From positions 1-52,215 of the forward strand of contig MU271503.1 of the NCBI GenBank assembly GCA_021432655.1: a stretch of DNA of 52,215 nt, in the 5' to 3' direction. Positions 24,069-35,450 of the stretch are shown in pieces. Positions within the stretch are counted from its first letter, which is position 1; every line of letters begins with the position of its first letter. The DNA is from Atractiella rhizophila. Lineage: Eukaryota. Position numbers and translations under genes: made by a program. The notes under the pieces are model-generated. The model saw only the letters and a list, made by a program, of their open reading frames with translations, did not search any database and was not told where the DNA came from.

Positions 24069-25415
24069 ATGAGCACCATCCCGATACCCGCTATTTCTCT
24101 TACACTCTCCAGAGTCAGCTCCTTACTTTCCTCACTATCGCAGCCTAACCCGCAAGACCTCATCCCTACGATCCATATCACAGGGACAAACGGAAAAGGT
24201 TCTGTCTCCTCATTCCTCGATTCCATCCTTCGAGCATCAGGATTTCGTACTGGCCGCTTCAATTCACCTCACTTGCTCGTGCCAAGAGACTCCATACGGA
24301 TCAATGGAGAACCTATTTCACAAATACTTTATGATCGAGAGAGGATGGCAGTTATAGAGGAAGATAAAAAACTAGGGACACAGGCTAGCGAGTTTGAGCT
24401 TTTAACCGCGACAGCATTTCGAATCTTCGCTTCCAATACTTCAGACGGGGAAAATGCAGGTGCTGTTGACATTGGAATTATAGAAGTTGGGATGGGTGGA
24501 GAAGGCGATGCTACGAACGTTATTTCCTCACCACTAGTCTCAGTCTTCACCTCTATCGATATGGATCACCAAGCTTTTCTCGGAAACTCCATTGCAGACA
24601 TCGCAACGGTTAAGTCAGGCATAATTAAACGACTGCGACCTGTCGTGTTGGGTCGACAGAGGTCCACTGATGCTGAAGAGGTGGTAAAGATGAAGGCAGA
24701 GAAGATGGGTTCGTCGTTACACAGAGCTGGAGTTGGCAGAATCGTGCCTGGAGCAGAGGAGAAAAACATATGCGAGATCCCGCTCCATTCTTCAGAAACG
24801 AAATGGATTCAAGCGTCCGTTCCACTCTTAGGAACTCATCAGTTGGAAAACGTATCCACAGCACTAACAACCATCGAAGTCCTACGAAATTCCTGCTCGA
24901 CCTTAGTCCCACGACTCAATGCGATAACGAACGAATCCATTGTTCGCGGGATCGAGGGGACAACTTGGCCAGGCAGACTTTCCTGGCACTCACATCCCTT
25001 CATTCCCGACCGTAGGGTTCTCCTCGACGGCGCTCACAACCCTAGTTCTATGTCTTCTCTTCGAGCCTACATCTCTTCCCTCCCAAAATCCCGGTTTCCT
25101 CAATTAACGTTGATCCTTTCCCTCTCACACCCTCGCCGGCCTTCGGTTCTTCTTGATCCTCCTTTCGACCGACCGACAAAGGTGCTGTGTGTCGAGTTTC
25201 AGCAGCCGGACGGAATGCCCTGGGTTAAAGCTCTCGATAGAGCAGAAATGAAGAAGGAGGTAGAGGGGATGGGGATGCAAGCTGTAGAGTGCAAGGACAT
25301 GGCGGAGGCGTTGACATTGGCGGGAAAGGAACAAGAAGAACTAGTTGTTGTAGCTGGGAGTTTGTACGGTGTTGCAGATGCGATTAGGGTTCTAGAGAAG
25401 GCAGAACCTCGTTGA
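24069..25415 (+). CDS. FOL3: Dihydrofolate synthetase / folylpolyglutamate synthase (FolC family); single exon; start could be a nearby upstream ATG
   Basis: IHITGTNGKGS P-loop, GRFNSPHL, SEFELLTA, IEVGMGGEGDATN, DMDHQAFLG, WPGRL, LDGAHN and VAGSLY motifs. Confidence 0.92.
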   Translation: MSTIPIPAISLTLSRVSSLLSSLSQPNPQDLIPTIHITGTNGKGSVSSFLDSILRASGFRTGRFNSPHLLVPRDSIRINGEPISQILYDRERMAVIEEDKKLGTQASEFELLTATAFRIFASNTSDGENAGAVDIGIIEVGMGGEGDATNVISSPLVSVFTSIDMDHQAFLGNSIADIATVKSGIIKRLRPVVLGRQRSTDAEEVVKMKAEKMGSSLHRAGVGRIVPGAEEKNICEIPLHSSETKWIQASVPLLGTHQLENVSTALTTIEVLRNSCSTLVPRLNAITNESIVRGIEGTTWPGRLSWHSHPFIPDRRVLLDGAHNPSSMSSLRAYISSLPKSRFPQLTLILSLSHPRRPSVLLDPPFDRPTKVLCVEFQQPDGMPWVKALDRAEMKKEVEGMGMQAVECKDMAEALTLAGKEQEELVVVAGSLYGVADAIRVLEKAEPR

Positions 25416-25534
25416 AATCCTCATAATTAATTGGGTGGTCGATATTACCTCCATGCAAAACAAAGATGCGCTCAAAAGGTTGGACGGCAAATAAGAACAG
25501 CATGAGCTGAATGACATTTCATCGTTTAGTAGGC

Positions 25535-28249
25535 TTAACCCACAACCTCCTCTTTCTCTTGTACGACTTCTTCCAGATATTCCTCTACCCACTCCTCCTC
25601 CTCCTCCTTGGCTTCGGGTTGACCACCTTCAGACTCGATTTCCTTCTTCATCTTGGCTCTCCAAGCGTTCCACTCCTCGATCAACCTCCTCCTATGAGCC
25701 TGCACCTCAGCATTCACATTCAGCTCTTCCAGACTATCCTCTTCGTCGAACTGCCTGCCATATTCTCTCAAATTCTTTCGCACCTTCTTCTGCTCCTCTT
25801 TGCTGATCAAAGGTTTAGGACGGGGACGGAAAGACAGTTGCTTGAAGCGATCCACGTTCTGTTTCACCAATTCTTCGCCCTTCCAGTCATAAATACCAAA
25901 ACCAGTTTCGAGCTACATCACGTGCACAAATCAGCTGCTGTTTTCCCCATCGACCGACAAAGCAGAGGAAGGGTGAAAAGGGGAGAGAGCGACATACCGA
26001 CTGCTTCCACATGCTTCCATAGATCCCGACAAACCGTCCACTTGGATCCCACTCGACGTCCGTCATGCCATAATGTTCGAACGCTTTGATGAGCTGAATC
26101 CCAGCAGCAGGGTCCCTACTTCCCTCCGGCTTTCCTTCATTGTTTAAATCAAGGTCCCAGAACTCCAAGTCATATTTCGAGCTCGATCCAAGGGTGGAAA
26201 GAATGACGTGTCTTCCTTTCGGCGACCAATATGGCAGATTGGCCGTTTTGCCGTCATATGTCTCTGTGAGAGTTTCAAAGCATTAGAAGACAACCCCAAA
26301 GCATGCCAGTTGAGGAGAGGTGAAGGAAGAGGAAAACATACTCAACAACCTAAAGTCTCCCTTCTTGTTGTCAAAGCCATAAAAGCTGACGCTCGTCTTT
26401 GGGAGCACGCCAGGAGCAGCGGTAGTAGCGTTTGGATCGGAGGAGTGGATCAAGACGAAGCGGTCGCCTTTCGGCTCCCAAGCGAACTGGATCACCGTGT
26501 CCTTAATCTCGAGCGTTTGGACGGGGCAATCGTTCTCGCGTATGCGGAAGATCTCAAGGTTACAGAATGTCGACTTCTTGGTTTTCGTGTGACGGTCCAC
26601 TTTGACGCAGAGAAAGTCGCCGGAGGATTGCCAGAATAGTTGACACTGTCAGACAAAACTTAAGTCAATCAAACGAGTTGAGGTGAAGCGACGACGCACA
26701 TCGGATACATTGAACAGATTCTTGCTCCGCACGACGTTCCTGCTTGGAATCGCCATGACCGTAACCCTAGCAGGCTGATTCTGAATATCAGGTGTCCAAT
26801 AAGCGAGCATATTTTCCCATGGCTTCTTCGCCTCATCCTCCTCTCCCGAGTCGAAGCTCCTCGTTGACGGTCTCCACGCAAAATCCTTCACGCCTTCCAA
26901 CTTGATACTCTTTTTTATCCAACAGACCCATCCCGGGCACATCGTACACCGACACGCTCTGTCCGATCGTCACTCTTGCCAAATACTTTTCGTCGGGTGA
27001 CCACCGCATCACAGGCCAGTTCATCTTCTTCGGTCCACCCGACGGCGCTTCCACGAGTGAAGGGGAAGCGTCGAAAGTGCGAAGCGGTTTGCCGGCCCAA
27101 ACGTCCCATACGACGATGTCGTTCCCTTCGTCCTCATCTGCAAATGGCCCTTCACCGGCACTGCAGGGCACGTCGGACCAGGTCACGACGTAGTTCTCAG
27201 ATGGTGAGAACTCGATGAGTTTCGGTCGTGTGGACCGTTGGGCATACCGATGGATGATGTTGAAGCTCGCTCCGCCCCATCCGATCACGCCGGGAATGTG
27301 CGACGTGAAAAGCAGAGTGCCTTGGGGTGTCCATGAGGCATAGTGGTCCGTCCATTTCTTTATTGAAAAAATTGTTATCAGTTGCGATTCATGGAGAGCA
27401 GGGGAGTGAAGGAGACATACACGTTTGGAATATGCGTCCGCAATCGTCCCGTTGCGATTCACATATCCAACCTTCAGATCCTCCCCAGAGAAAAGGAAGA
27501 CTTGGTCTCTAGACTGCTGATCTCCAAGCCAAGACCTGAGGTGTTCCTACATCGAGAGCAAAGCATTGTCAGTACCGCGACCGACTCATCCATTGAAAGA
27601 AGGTAAGGAAGACTGACTCGAGGCTCGTATTCTGCCTGAGGCGGCTCAACAAACGTATCAGAGACGTTGGTATACTTCTCCACATCGCTGAAAGGGAAAG
27701 CAGCCAATGTGTGTGACTTGTCGAGTCGCCAGTTGTCGAAGCAGGCGATGAGAGCTTGGGCCTGAGCGACGTTTGAAAGTTGGACAAACATGAACCTGCC
27801 AACCATGTCAACTTCAACCGTAATGCTTTAAGAGGGATGCAGAGATAAACGCACCCTTTCGAGTTCCCTTTGTCCATAGGCATGTTGAATGCGTCTGCTT
27901 TGACCTCGACCCCGTTTCGAGAGGCATATTTTACGAGCGCTGAGAACAATTTGGGCTTCCGATCTTCACCAACGACGGGCAGACCGGACACGACTACCAC
28001 GCTCTCGAAGGGGTTCTTAACCTTTGATTTATATCTGTACCCATCCCACCAATCCTTCAGCTGCTGCATCTCAACTAATGCGCCGCTACCAACGCCATCT
28101 CAAATCCCAACCAACAAAAAGACGCACTTTCGTTCGATGTCGCTGTAATCAATCTCGTTTTCGTCGATGTAGAGTTCCTCTTCATCCTCTGAGTAATCAT
28201 GGCCTCCATTCGCTCCATTGAGGCCGTTCATTTTCGATGTCGATGCCAT
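25535..28249 (-). CDS. PRT1: Translation initiation factor eIF3 subunit b, full-length copy (apparent 1-nt frameshift at 26911-26916)
   Basis: N-terminal RRM (VVVSGLPVV..KGFMFVQ..RLDKSHTL), WD40 blades (WTPQGT, WPVMRWSPD, AYWTP, FAWEPKGDRF, VEWDPSGRF) and C-terminal FKQLSFRPRP..VRKNLREY. Confidence 0.95.
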
Positions 28250-28435
28250 TTTGTCTTGTCAGATGAAAATTTGCGAGAAAGAATGTCCTTGACTTGACTA
28301 CTGAACGGATCCGCTTTTCCGTCCCGCGACAAATTTACTGTGCAACCACAACTATCAGCAAATCCTAGATTTTAAGCCTAATAAGCAGCTCTCAGAGTAC
28401 CCTTCACCTATCCCCAGCTATCTAATAACCTCGTA

Positions 28436-29422
28436 ATGAGCCACCTGCTTTCTTCCCTCGCTTCGACCTCCCGCTCTGTCATTTTTCCAACCCTCCGCCA
28501 GCAAGCGCGTTTCAAGGCCGGTGCGAAGGGCGCGAAGGGTGCTAAGAAAGCAACGAACTCGAATCAAATGCAGGGGAAGCAGAGGGCAAAAATGGGCTTC
28601 AAGCCGGCTAAGACTCCGAAAGGAGGAGGAGGCAAGAAAGGAGAGGAGGCAAAGTTTAAGGAGGTGAGCTCTTATTCGTGTTTAGAAAGGGTTGAAGAAG
28701 AATAGTCTACTTCTTACCTTTATCGTAATCCGCATGTCCTTTGTAAACTGTTTGAGGCTCGTTCTCAACATGAGGCTGTGATGAACAATTGAGTTCAGCA
28801 TGGAGCTGGCAGAGTAACTGTGCAAAAGCAAGCCACAAACGCCCTGTGGAAAGGAGCACAAATGCGGACAGGATGCTTCAGCTCCCTGTGTTATAATACC
28901 GCCAGCAGTTATCCACCTCTGTGAGCAGCCGTCTAATGCAACATTTACGTGATGCAGGCCCTCTGGGGATCATACGACAACCCCGCTCCGACGCCAGAGG
29001 AGCGAATGGACCTCCTCGTCCCACACATCATCCCCGACCCAGAAACCCACGAAACAATAACCCGAGCCTGGCAATTGCACCAACGACACGAGCGCGAATC
29101 CCGGGACGACCTCCTCCAACGGAAATTCGCATCTCTCCAAAACGCGCTCAAAGAGCTCGAGCGCATCAATCCCCATCTCTTCTTCACCGCGGTGGGAGGA
29201 GGACCGGATGGAGAAGGTGGAAGGGTCTTTGGAAACGCTATGCAGAGTGGGAAGAAGGGGTTGAGCTTGGCGGAAAGGGGAAGGGAGAGGTTGGAGGGTT
29301 TGTTCCCCAGAGATGTTACGGTTCCTATGGAGTATCTGGGACGAGGAAGGGAGGCTGAGTTGGAGAGTGTTTGGGATGAGGAGTGGAAAATGCCTGCACA
29401 TCCTGCAGAAGAAACTAAATAG
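28436..29422 (+). CDS. MRPL28: Mitochondrial ribosomal protein mL40 (MRPL28-like), copy 1
   Basis: Presequence plus basic N-terminus; intron 28664-28957; HETITRAWQLHQR..LQNALKELERINPHLF..LEGLFPRD motif typical of mL40. Confidence 0.75.
28774..28930 (+). ncRNA. Candidate intronic box C/D-like snoRNA (copy 1)
   Basis: Lies in a 294-nt intron. Box C GTGATGA at 28778-28784, terminal GGCTG/CAGCC complement, internal stems GGAGCTG/CAGCTCC and CCTGT/ACAGG. Box D is non-canonical (GTGA). Confidence 0.35.
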
Positions 29423-30424
29423 GCTGACGAAGTTCGGTGCGCTCTTTCAGTTTAGAGATGTGCATGGAGAAGCTCAAAAGTACCATTTATTTATTTGTCG
29501 AGTGAAGTTAGGTAATAGCATGAAAGGCTCATTTCTATGCACTTTGCATCACGCAATGCACATTAAATACCACAAGACTTGCGGCAAGGCAGAAATGAAG
29601 ACGCTGCCGCGCCTTGATACGTGTCAGTTGCTGTATTATTTTTTAGAGTCGTACAATAGAGGCATTCATTCGCCCTAATGCCTCAAAGTTGAGTTTGAGA
29701 GCCAGCGCAGGAGTAACAAGTTGGCTGCGCGAGTGTTCGACTATGCCTTTATTAGCTCTGAGTGAAGATTGATCTTGATTGCAATATTTGATACAATATC
29801 TGAAGAGTTTAGCAAGAGGAGAGCCATGGGATTCTGTTGAGTTGTGAGGTTGATACTACACTGTACTACGGTACTCTGAAAGCAGAAAAGAGAGGAGAGG
29901 ATAAAAGGCGTTTGTATACGGTACAGACATATTTCAGGCACAGATTATTCAAAGCACAATCGTCGCTAGAGTGTATGCGAGACAACATAAGCAGAATAGG
30001 AGGAGATACAGTCTGATGTATTTTCGTTTTGAAACCATAAAAGGGTTGAATATTTGACAGATATCTTCAAGGAAGAGACCCCGTTATGGGATTATATTGA
30101 ACACAGATCAAAGATAAAATTGGTGGAGATGAAAGAGGCAACATGTCCTCGGTCTGGGGATCAGCAAGTCAAGCAGTATTTGAACCAAGACGAGCACTTA
30201 TCACAGACGAGAACACGTTGAACTCGTCGTAGATAATCAAACACACGAAACCTAACACGTGACTGCCCATCCTCATCAACAGTTATTCAAGTGCATGTTG
30301 CAAGGCAGGGTCAAGGGTCTACTTTCGCGAGAATGAACGAGGAATTCAATGTCGATCCGCAGCTGTTCATCCATCTTTGTGAGCCTATCTACATCGTAGA
30401 GATAGAGGATCCTTACGTTTTGCC

Positions 30425-31481
30425 TCAATCAGGTGAGAACTCGATGAGTTTCGGTCGTGTGGACCGTTGGGCATACCGATGGATGATGTTGAAGCTCGCT
30501 CCGCCCCATCCGATCACGCCGGGAATGTGCGACGTGAAAAGCAGAGTGCCTTGGGGTGTCCATGAGGCATAGTGGTCCGTCCATTTCTTTATTGAAAAAA
30601 TTGTTATCAGTTGCGATTCATGGAGAGCAGGGGAGTGAAGGAGACATACACGTTTGGAATATGCGTCCGCAATCGTCCCGTTGCGATTCACATATCCAAC
30701 CTTCAGATCCTCCCCAGAGAAAAGGAAGACTTGGTCTCTAGACTGCGGATCTCCAAGCCAAGACCTGAGGTGTTCCTACATCGAGAGCAAAGCATTGTCA
30801 GTACCGCGACCGACTCATCCATTGAAAGAAGGTAAGGAAGACTGACTCGAGGCTCGTATTCTGCCTGAGGCGGCTCAACAAACGTATCAGAGACGTTGGT
30901 ATACTTCTCCACATCGCTGAAAGGGAAAGCAGCCAATGTGTGTGACTTGTCGAGTCGCCAGTTGTCGAAGCAGGCGATGAGAGCTTGGGCCTGAGCGACG
31001 TTTGAAAGTTGGACGAACATGAACCTGCCAACCAATGTCAACTTCAACCGTAATGCTTTAAGAGGGACGCAGAGATAAACGCACCCTTTCGAGTTCCCTT
31101 TGTCCATAGGCATGTTGAATGCGTCTGCTTTGACCTCGACCCCGTTTCGTGAGGCATATTTGACGAGCGCTGAGAACAGCTTGGGCTTTCGATCTTCACC
31201 CACGACGGGCAGGCCGGACACGACCACCACGCTCTCGAAGGGGTTCTTAACTTTTGATTTATATCTGTACCCATCCCACCAATCCTTCAGCTACCACGCC
31301 TCAACTACCACGCCGCTACCAACGCCATCCTCAAATCTCAACCAACAAAAGAGACGCACTTTCGTTCGATGTCGCTGTAATCAATTTCGTTTTCGTTGAT
31401 GTAGAGTTCCTCTTCATCCTCTGAATAATCGTGACCGCCATTCGCTCCATTGAGGCCGTTCATTTTCGATGTCGATGCCAT
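30425..31481 (-). pseudogene. PRT1: 3'-truncated eIF3b copy (RRM plus start of WD40 region, ends KLIEFSPD*)
   Basis: Promoter, ATG (31481) and 5' exons are retained. The reading frame ends just past the duplication junction (30431) at TGA 30427-30425. Confidence 0.8.
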
Positions 31482-31657
31482 TTTGCCTTGCCAGATGAAA
31501 ATTTGCGAAAGTATGTCCTTGACTGCTGAACGGATCCGCTTTTCCGTCCTGCGACAAATTTACTGTGCAACCACAACTACCAGCAAATCCTAGATTTTAA
31601 GCCTCATACGCTCTCAGAGTACCGTTCACTTATTCCCAGCTATCTAATATCCTCATA

Positions 31658-32646
31658 ATGAGCCACCTCCTCTCTTCTCTCGCTTCCACCTCCCGCTCTG
31701 TCATTTTTCCAACCCTCCGCCAGCAAGCGCGTTTCAAGGCCGGTGCGAAGGGCGCGAAGGGTGCTAAGAAAGCGACGAACTCGAATCAAATGCAGGGGAA
31801 GCAGAGGGCAAAGATGGGCTTCAAGCCGGCTAAGACTCCGAAAGGAGGAGGAGGGAAGAAGGGAGAAGAGGCAAAGTTTAAGGAGGTGAGCTCTTATTCG
31901 TGTTTTAGAAGGGGTTGAAGAAGAACAATCTACTTCTTACCTTTATCTTAACCCGCATGTCCTTTGTAAACTGTTTTGAGGCTCGTTCTCAACATGAGGC
32001 TGTGATGAACAATTGAGTTCAGCATGGAGCTGGCACAGTAACCGTGCAAAAGCAAACCACAAACGCCCTGTGGAAAGGAGCGCAAATGCCGACAGGATGC
32101 TTCAGCTCCCTGTGTTACAATACCGCCAGCAGTTCTCCACCTCTGTGAGCAGCCGTCTAATGCAACATTTACGTGATGCAGGCCCTCTGGGGATCATATG
32201 ACAATCCCGCTCCGACTCCAGAGGAGCGAATGGACCTCCTCGTCCCACACATCATCCCCGACCCAGAAACCCACGAAACAATAACCCGAGCCTGGCAACT
32301 GCACCAACGACACGAGCGCGAATCCCGGGACGACCTCCTCCAACGTAAATTCGCATCTCTCCAAAACGCGCTCAAAGAGCTCGAGCGCATCAATCCCCCT
32401 CTCTTTTTCACCGCGGTGGGAGGAGGACCGGATGGAGAAGGTGGAAGGGTCTTTGGAAACGCTATGCAGAGTGGGAAGAAGGGGTTGAGCTTGGCGGAAA
32501 GGGGAAGGGAGAGGTTGGAGGGTTTGTTCCCCAGAGATGTTACGGTTCCTATGGAGTATCTGGGACGAGGAAGGGAGGCTGAGTTGGAGAGTGTTTGGGA
32601 TGAGGAGTGGAAAATGCCTGCACATCCTGCAGAAGAAACTAAATAG
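31658..32646 (+). CDS. MRPL28: Mitochondrial ribosomal protein mL40 (MRPL28-like), copy 2
   Basis: Intact duplicate; intron 31886-32181; one visible amino-acid change (INPHLF vs INPPLF). Confidence 0.72.
31998..32154 (+). ncRNA. Candidate intronic box C/D-like snoRNA (copy 2)
   Basis: Same box C and stems as copy 1; the substitutions fall outside the predicted stems. Confidence 0.33.
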
Positions 32647-33059
32647 GCTGACGAAGTTCGGTGCGCTCTTTCAGTTTAGAGATGTGCATGGAGAAGCTCA
32701 AAAGTACCATTTATTTATTTGTCGAGTGAAGTTAGGTAATAGCATGAAAGGCTCATTTCTATGCACTTTGCATCACGCAATGCACATTAAATACCACAAG
32801 ACTTGCGGCAAGGCAGAAATGAAGACGCTGCCGCGCCTTGATACGTGTCAGTTGCTGTATTATTTTTTAGAGTCGTACAATAGAGGCATTCATTCGCCCT
32901 AATGCCTCAAAGTTGAGTTTGAGAGCCAGCGCAGGAGTAACAAGTTGGCTGCGCGAGTGTTCGACTATGCCTTTATTAGCTCTGAGTGAAGATTGATCTT
33001 GATTGCAATATTTGATACAATATCTGAAGAGTTTAGCGAGAGGAGAGCCATGGGATTCT

Positions 33060-35450
33060 GTTGAGTTGTGAGGTTGATACTACACTGTACTACGGTACTC
33101 TGAAAGCAGAAAAGAGAGGAGAGGATAAAAGGCGTGTGTATACGGTACAGACATATTTCAGGCACAGATTATTCAAAGCACAATCGTCGCCAGAGTGTAT
33201 GCGAGACAACATAAGCAGAATAGGAGGAGATACAGTCTGATGTATTTTCGTTTTGAAACCATAAAAGGGTTGAATATTTGACAGATATCTTCAAGGAAGA
33301 GACCCCGTTATGGGATTATATTGAACACAGATCAAAGATAAAATTGGTGGAGATGAAAGAGGCAACATGTCCTCGGTCTGGGGATCAGCAAGTCAAGCAG
33401 TATTTGAACCAAGACGAGCACTTATCACAGACGAGAACATGTTGAACTCGTCGTCGATAATCAAACACACGAAACCTAACACGTGACTGCCCATCCTCAT
33501 CAACAGTTATTCAAGTGCATGTTGCAAGGCAGGGTCAAGAGTCTACTTTCGCGAGAATGAACTAGGAATTCAATGTCGATCCGCAGCTGTTCACCCATCT
33601 TTGTGAGCCTATCTACATCGTAGAGATAGAGGATCCTTACGTTTTGCCTCAATCCATGCCTTACAGAACCAGAATACCTCGGGGAACTCCCTCTGGACTT
33701 CCTTGCATTTGCTGAGGTGTTTGATCATGGTATCTGGTCGATTGAAGGTATCCTTTGTGTATCTTTTTCCGTTTTCTTCCTCCATGATATCATGCACGCA
33801 ATTCGCTTGATAAAACCATACGGAATTTCGATGTTTACAGCAATCCGTGCCGAAGACAAACCCCTTGATCCAGTCGGTAAAGGTCGTCGCGGAGTCAGGG
33901 CGGCAAATACTCCGTCGGCCATTCTTTCGAATAATGACTTCTCGATATTTAGAGGGATCGAAATTGAAATAGACAAAGTCCTCGTCAGAAGACAGGCCGT
34001 CGTCGAGTTTCAGGAGACTCCCAAAGTTATAACCATCCCGACACCTCTTCAATAATCCGATTCGATAAGCGGAAGGCAGAGGGCTGAGATGGATCTCGCC
34101 GGGGCGACGCCTGCTTAGTCTGATAGCCTTCCCGGTATTTCTCCATCTATCGTTCAAGGGGCAAGGAGCAAAGTATGAACCAAGCTCGTGACCAGAGATG
34201 TTACTAGAAAGCAGAGATGCCGTCGGCGAAGAGGACGGAGAGGCACTCGCATCCGTGTCCGAGTCGGGGGCCTCAGGTAGTCGAGCATGGTCGCTAAGTT
34301 GCCGTCACAAGATGGAGAGGACGGAAGTTCGCCACCTAAGAGACGGTTTGAAGGATTCTGGAAGATAACTTCCAATATTGCCTCCTTTGACACAGGATCT
34401 GTTGTGCAACGTCAGCTGGAACATATGCCTAGATGGAAGTCTTACCAAGGGAGAGATCCAAGAAACTCATTCCAGTCACGTTCTGACATAGGTGCCGGAT
34501 GCCAATCATTATTCAAGGCCCCAGCAGTAGTCGACCTTGCCGTCAACACCTCAGCTTCATCTACCCATTGCTGAATGGAATCGACAACGATGTTCGCCGC
34601 ATGATAGTCGCTTGACTTGAACATGGTCTGAGCAACCAACTTTTATCTCCTCAACTTTGCAAGAAATTCAGAGAGGTGTCGCTGTGACCAAGATGGCCTG
34701 CATCCTCCCTACTTTGCCTTAAAGCTCATTCGACGTCCGTCATGACTTGACATTTTGAATTCTGGCGAGATGCAGAACAACTGATATGGTTTCTGCCTGA
34801 TGGATCTCATCGTGCGTCGGGGCGATTTTGTCAAGGTCAACTTGGCGTTGAAAGTTGGAAGGAGTACCGCACTCCTGGTTTGCCCTGAACAGCTTGAAGA
34901 TGACAAAGAGGATTCCCTTTCCGAGGTTGGTCTGTGCAGCGTCGTGTCAACAGGACACAGGCACCCTTTTGGAGCAGTTGTTCAATGGCCAATTCCTTTC
35001 AGAATTTTCGACATTGCGGGAAGCCTTTTTCAAAAGGCTCTCATGGGAGGTGTAAGGTTAGATTAGACTAGAAAGCGGACAAAGAACCTGCCAAATATTT
35101 GACGAAAGATATTCAGTAATAAACGTCCATGTAACTGACTTGCCGTCTATTCGTGCACGATTGTTGACCTTGCTGCATCTTCCGCAGCGTTCCATGGATG
35201 CAAGATAAAGGGAGATGGAGCAGTCAAAGGTTATCTTTAAAAACCTCTTCGTTCAACGTTGTTGCTTCTCCACATCCTGAAAATTCGGGCAGATTTGTGT
35301 GTCGTTGAATACCTAGCCTATTTACTCGTCTATCATATAACTCAGCATCGATGAAGGCTCTGCATGACTCGTCGCGAAGCTGCACCTAGTAGCATGAAAG
35401 GATCCGTGCAAATGTGCAATAATCCCAATTTCCTCATTGCACACATGGAT
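33060..35450. repeat. Older diverged tandem duplication, unit 1
   Basis: Colinear similarity with ~36030-38432, e.g. TGTACTACGGTAC, GGATCAGCAAGTCAAGCAGTA, CATCCTCATCAACAGTTATTCAAGTGCATGTTG, TGACCTTGCTGCATCTT, GTCGCGAAGCT. Confidence 0.85.
33609..34624 (-). pseudogene. Orphan Cys/His-rich protein paralogue 1, apparently frameshifted
   Basis: Clearly homologous to 36609-37602. Relative to that paralogue the frame breaks near 34295-34310 (TCTCCATCT-14nt-AGCGAC vs -6nt-), and the intron phase near 34445 would create TGA. Confidence 0.55.

Larger units (their letters stand above)
27203..30430. repeat. Tandem segmental duplication, copy A (~3.2 kb)
   Basis: Near-identical to 30432-33654 (duplicated ORFs in the track). 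Starts GGTGAGAACTCG and ends TTTTGCCTCAATC. Confidence 0.95.
30432..33654. repeat. Tandem segmental duplication, copy B (~3.2 kb)
   Basis: Near-identical to 27203-30430, with scattered SNPs and small indels. Confidence 0.95.

Noticed and set aside
33282..33445. Possible + strand exon (DIFKEETPLWDYIEHRSK..) in the triplicated flank
   Set aside because: The reading frame is not preserved in the diverged copy at ~36270-36340.
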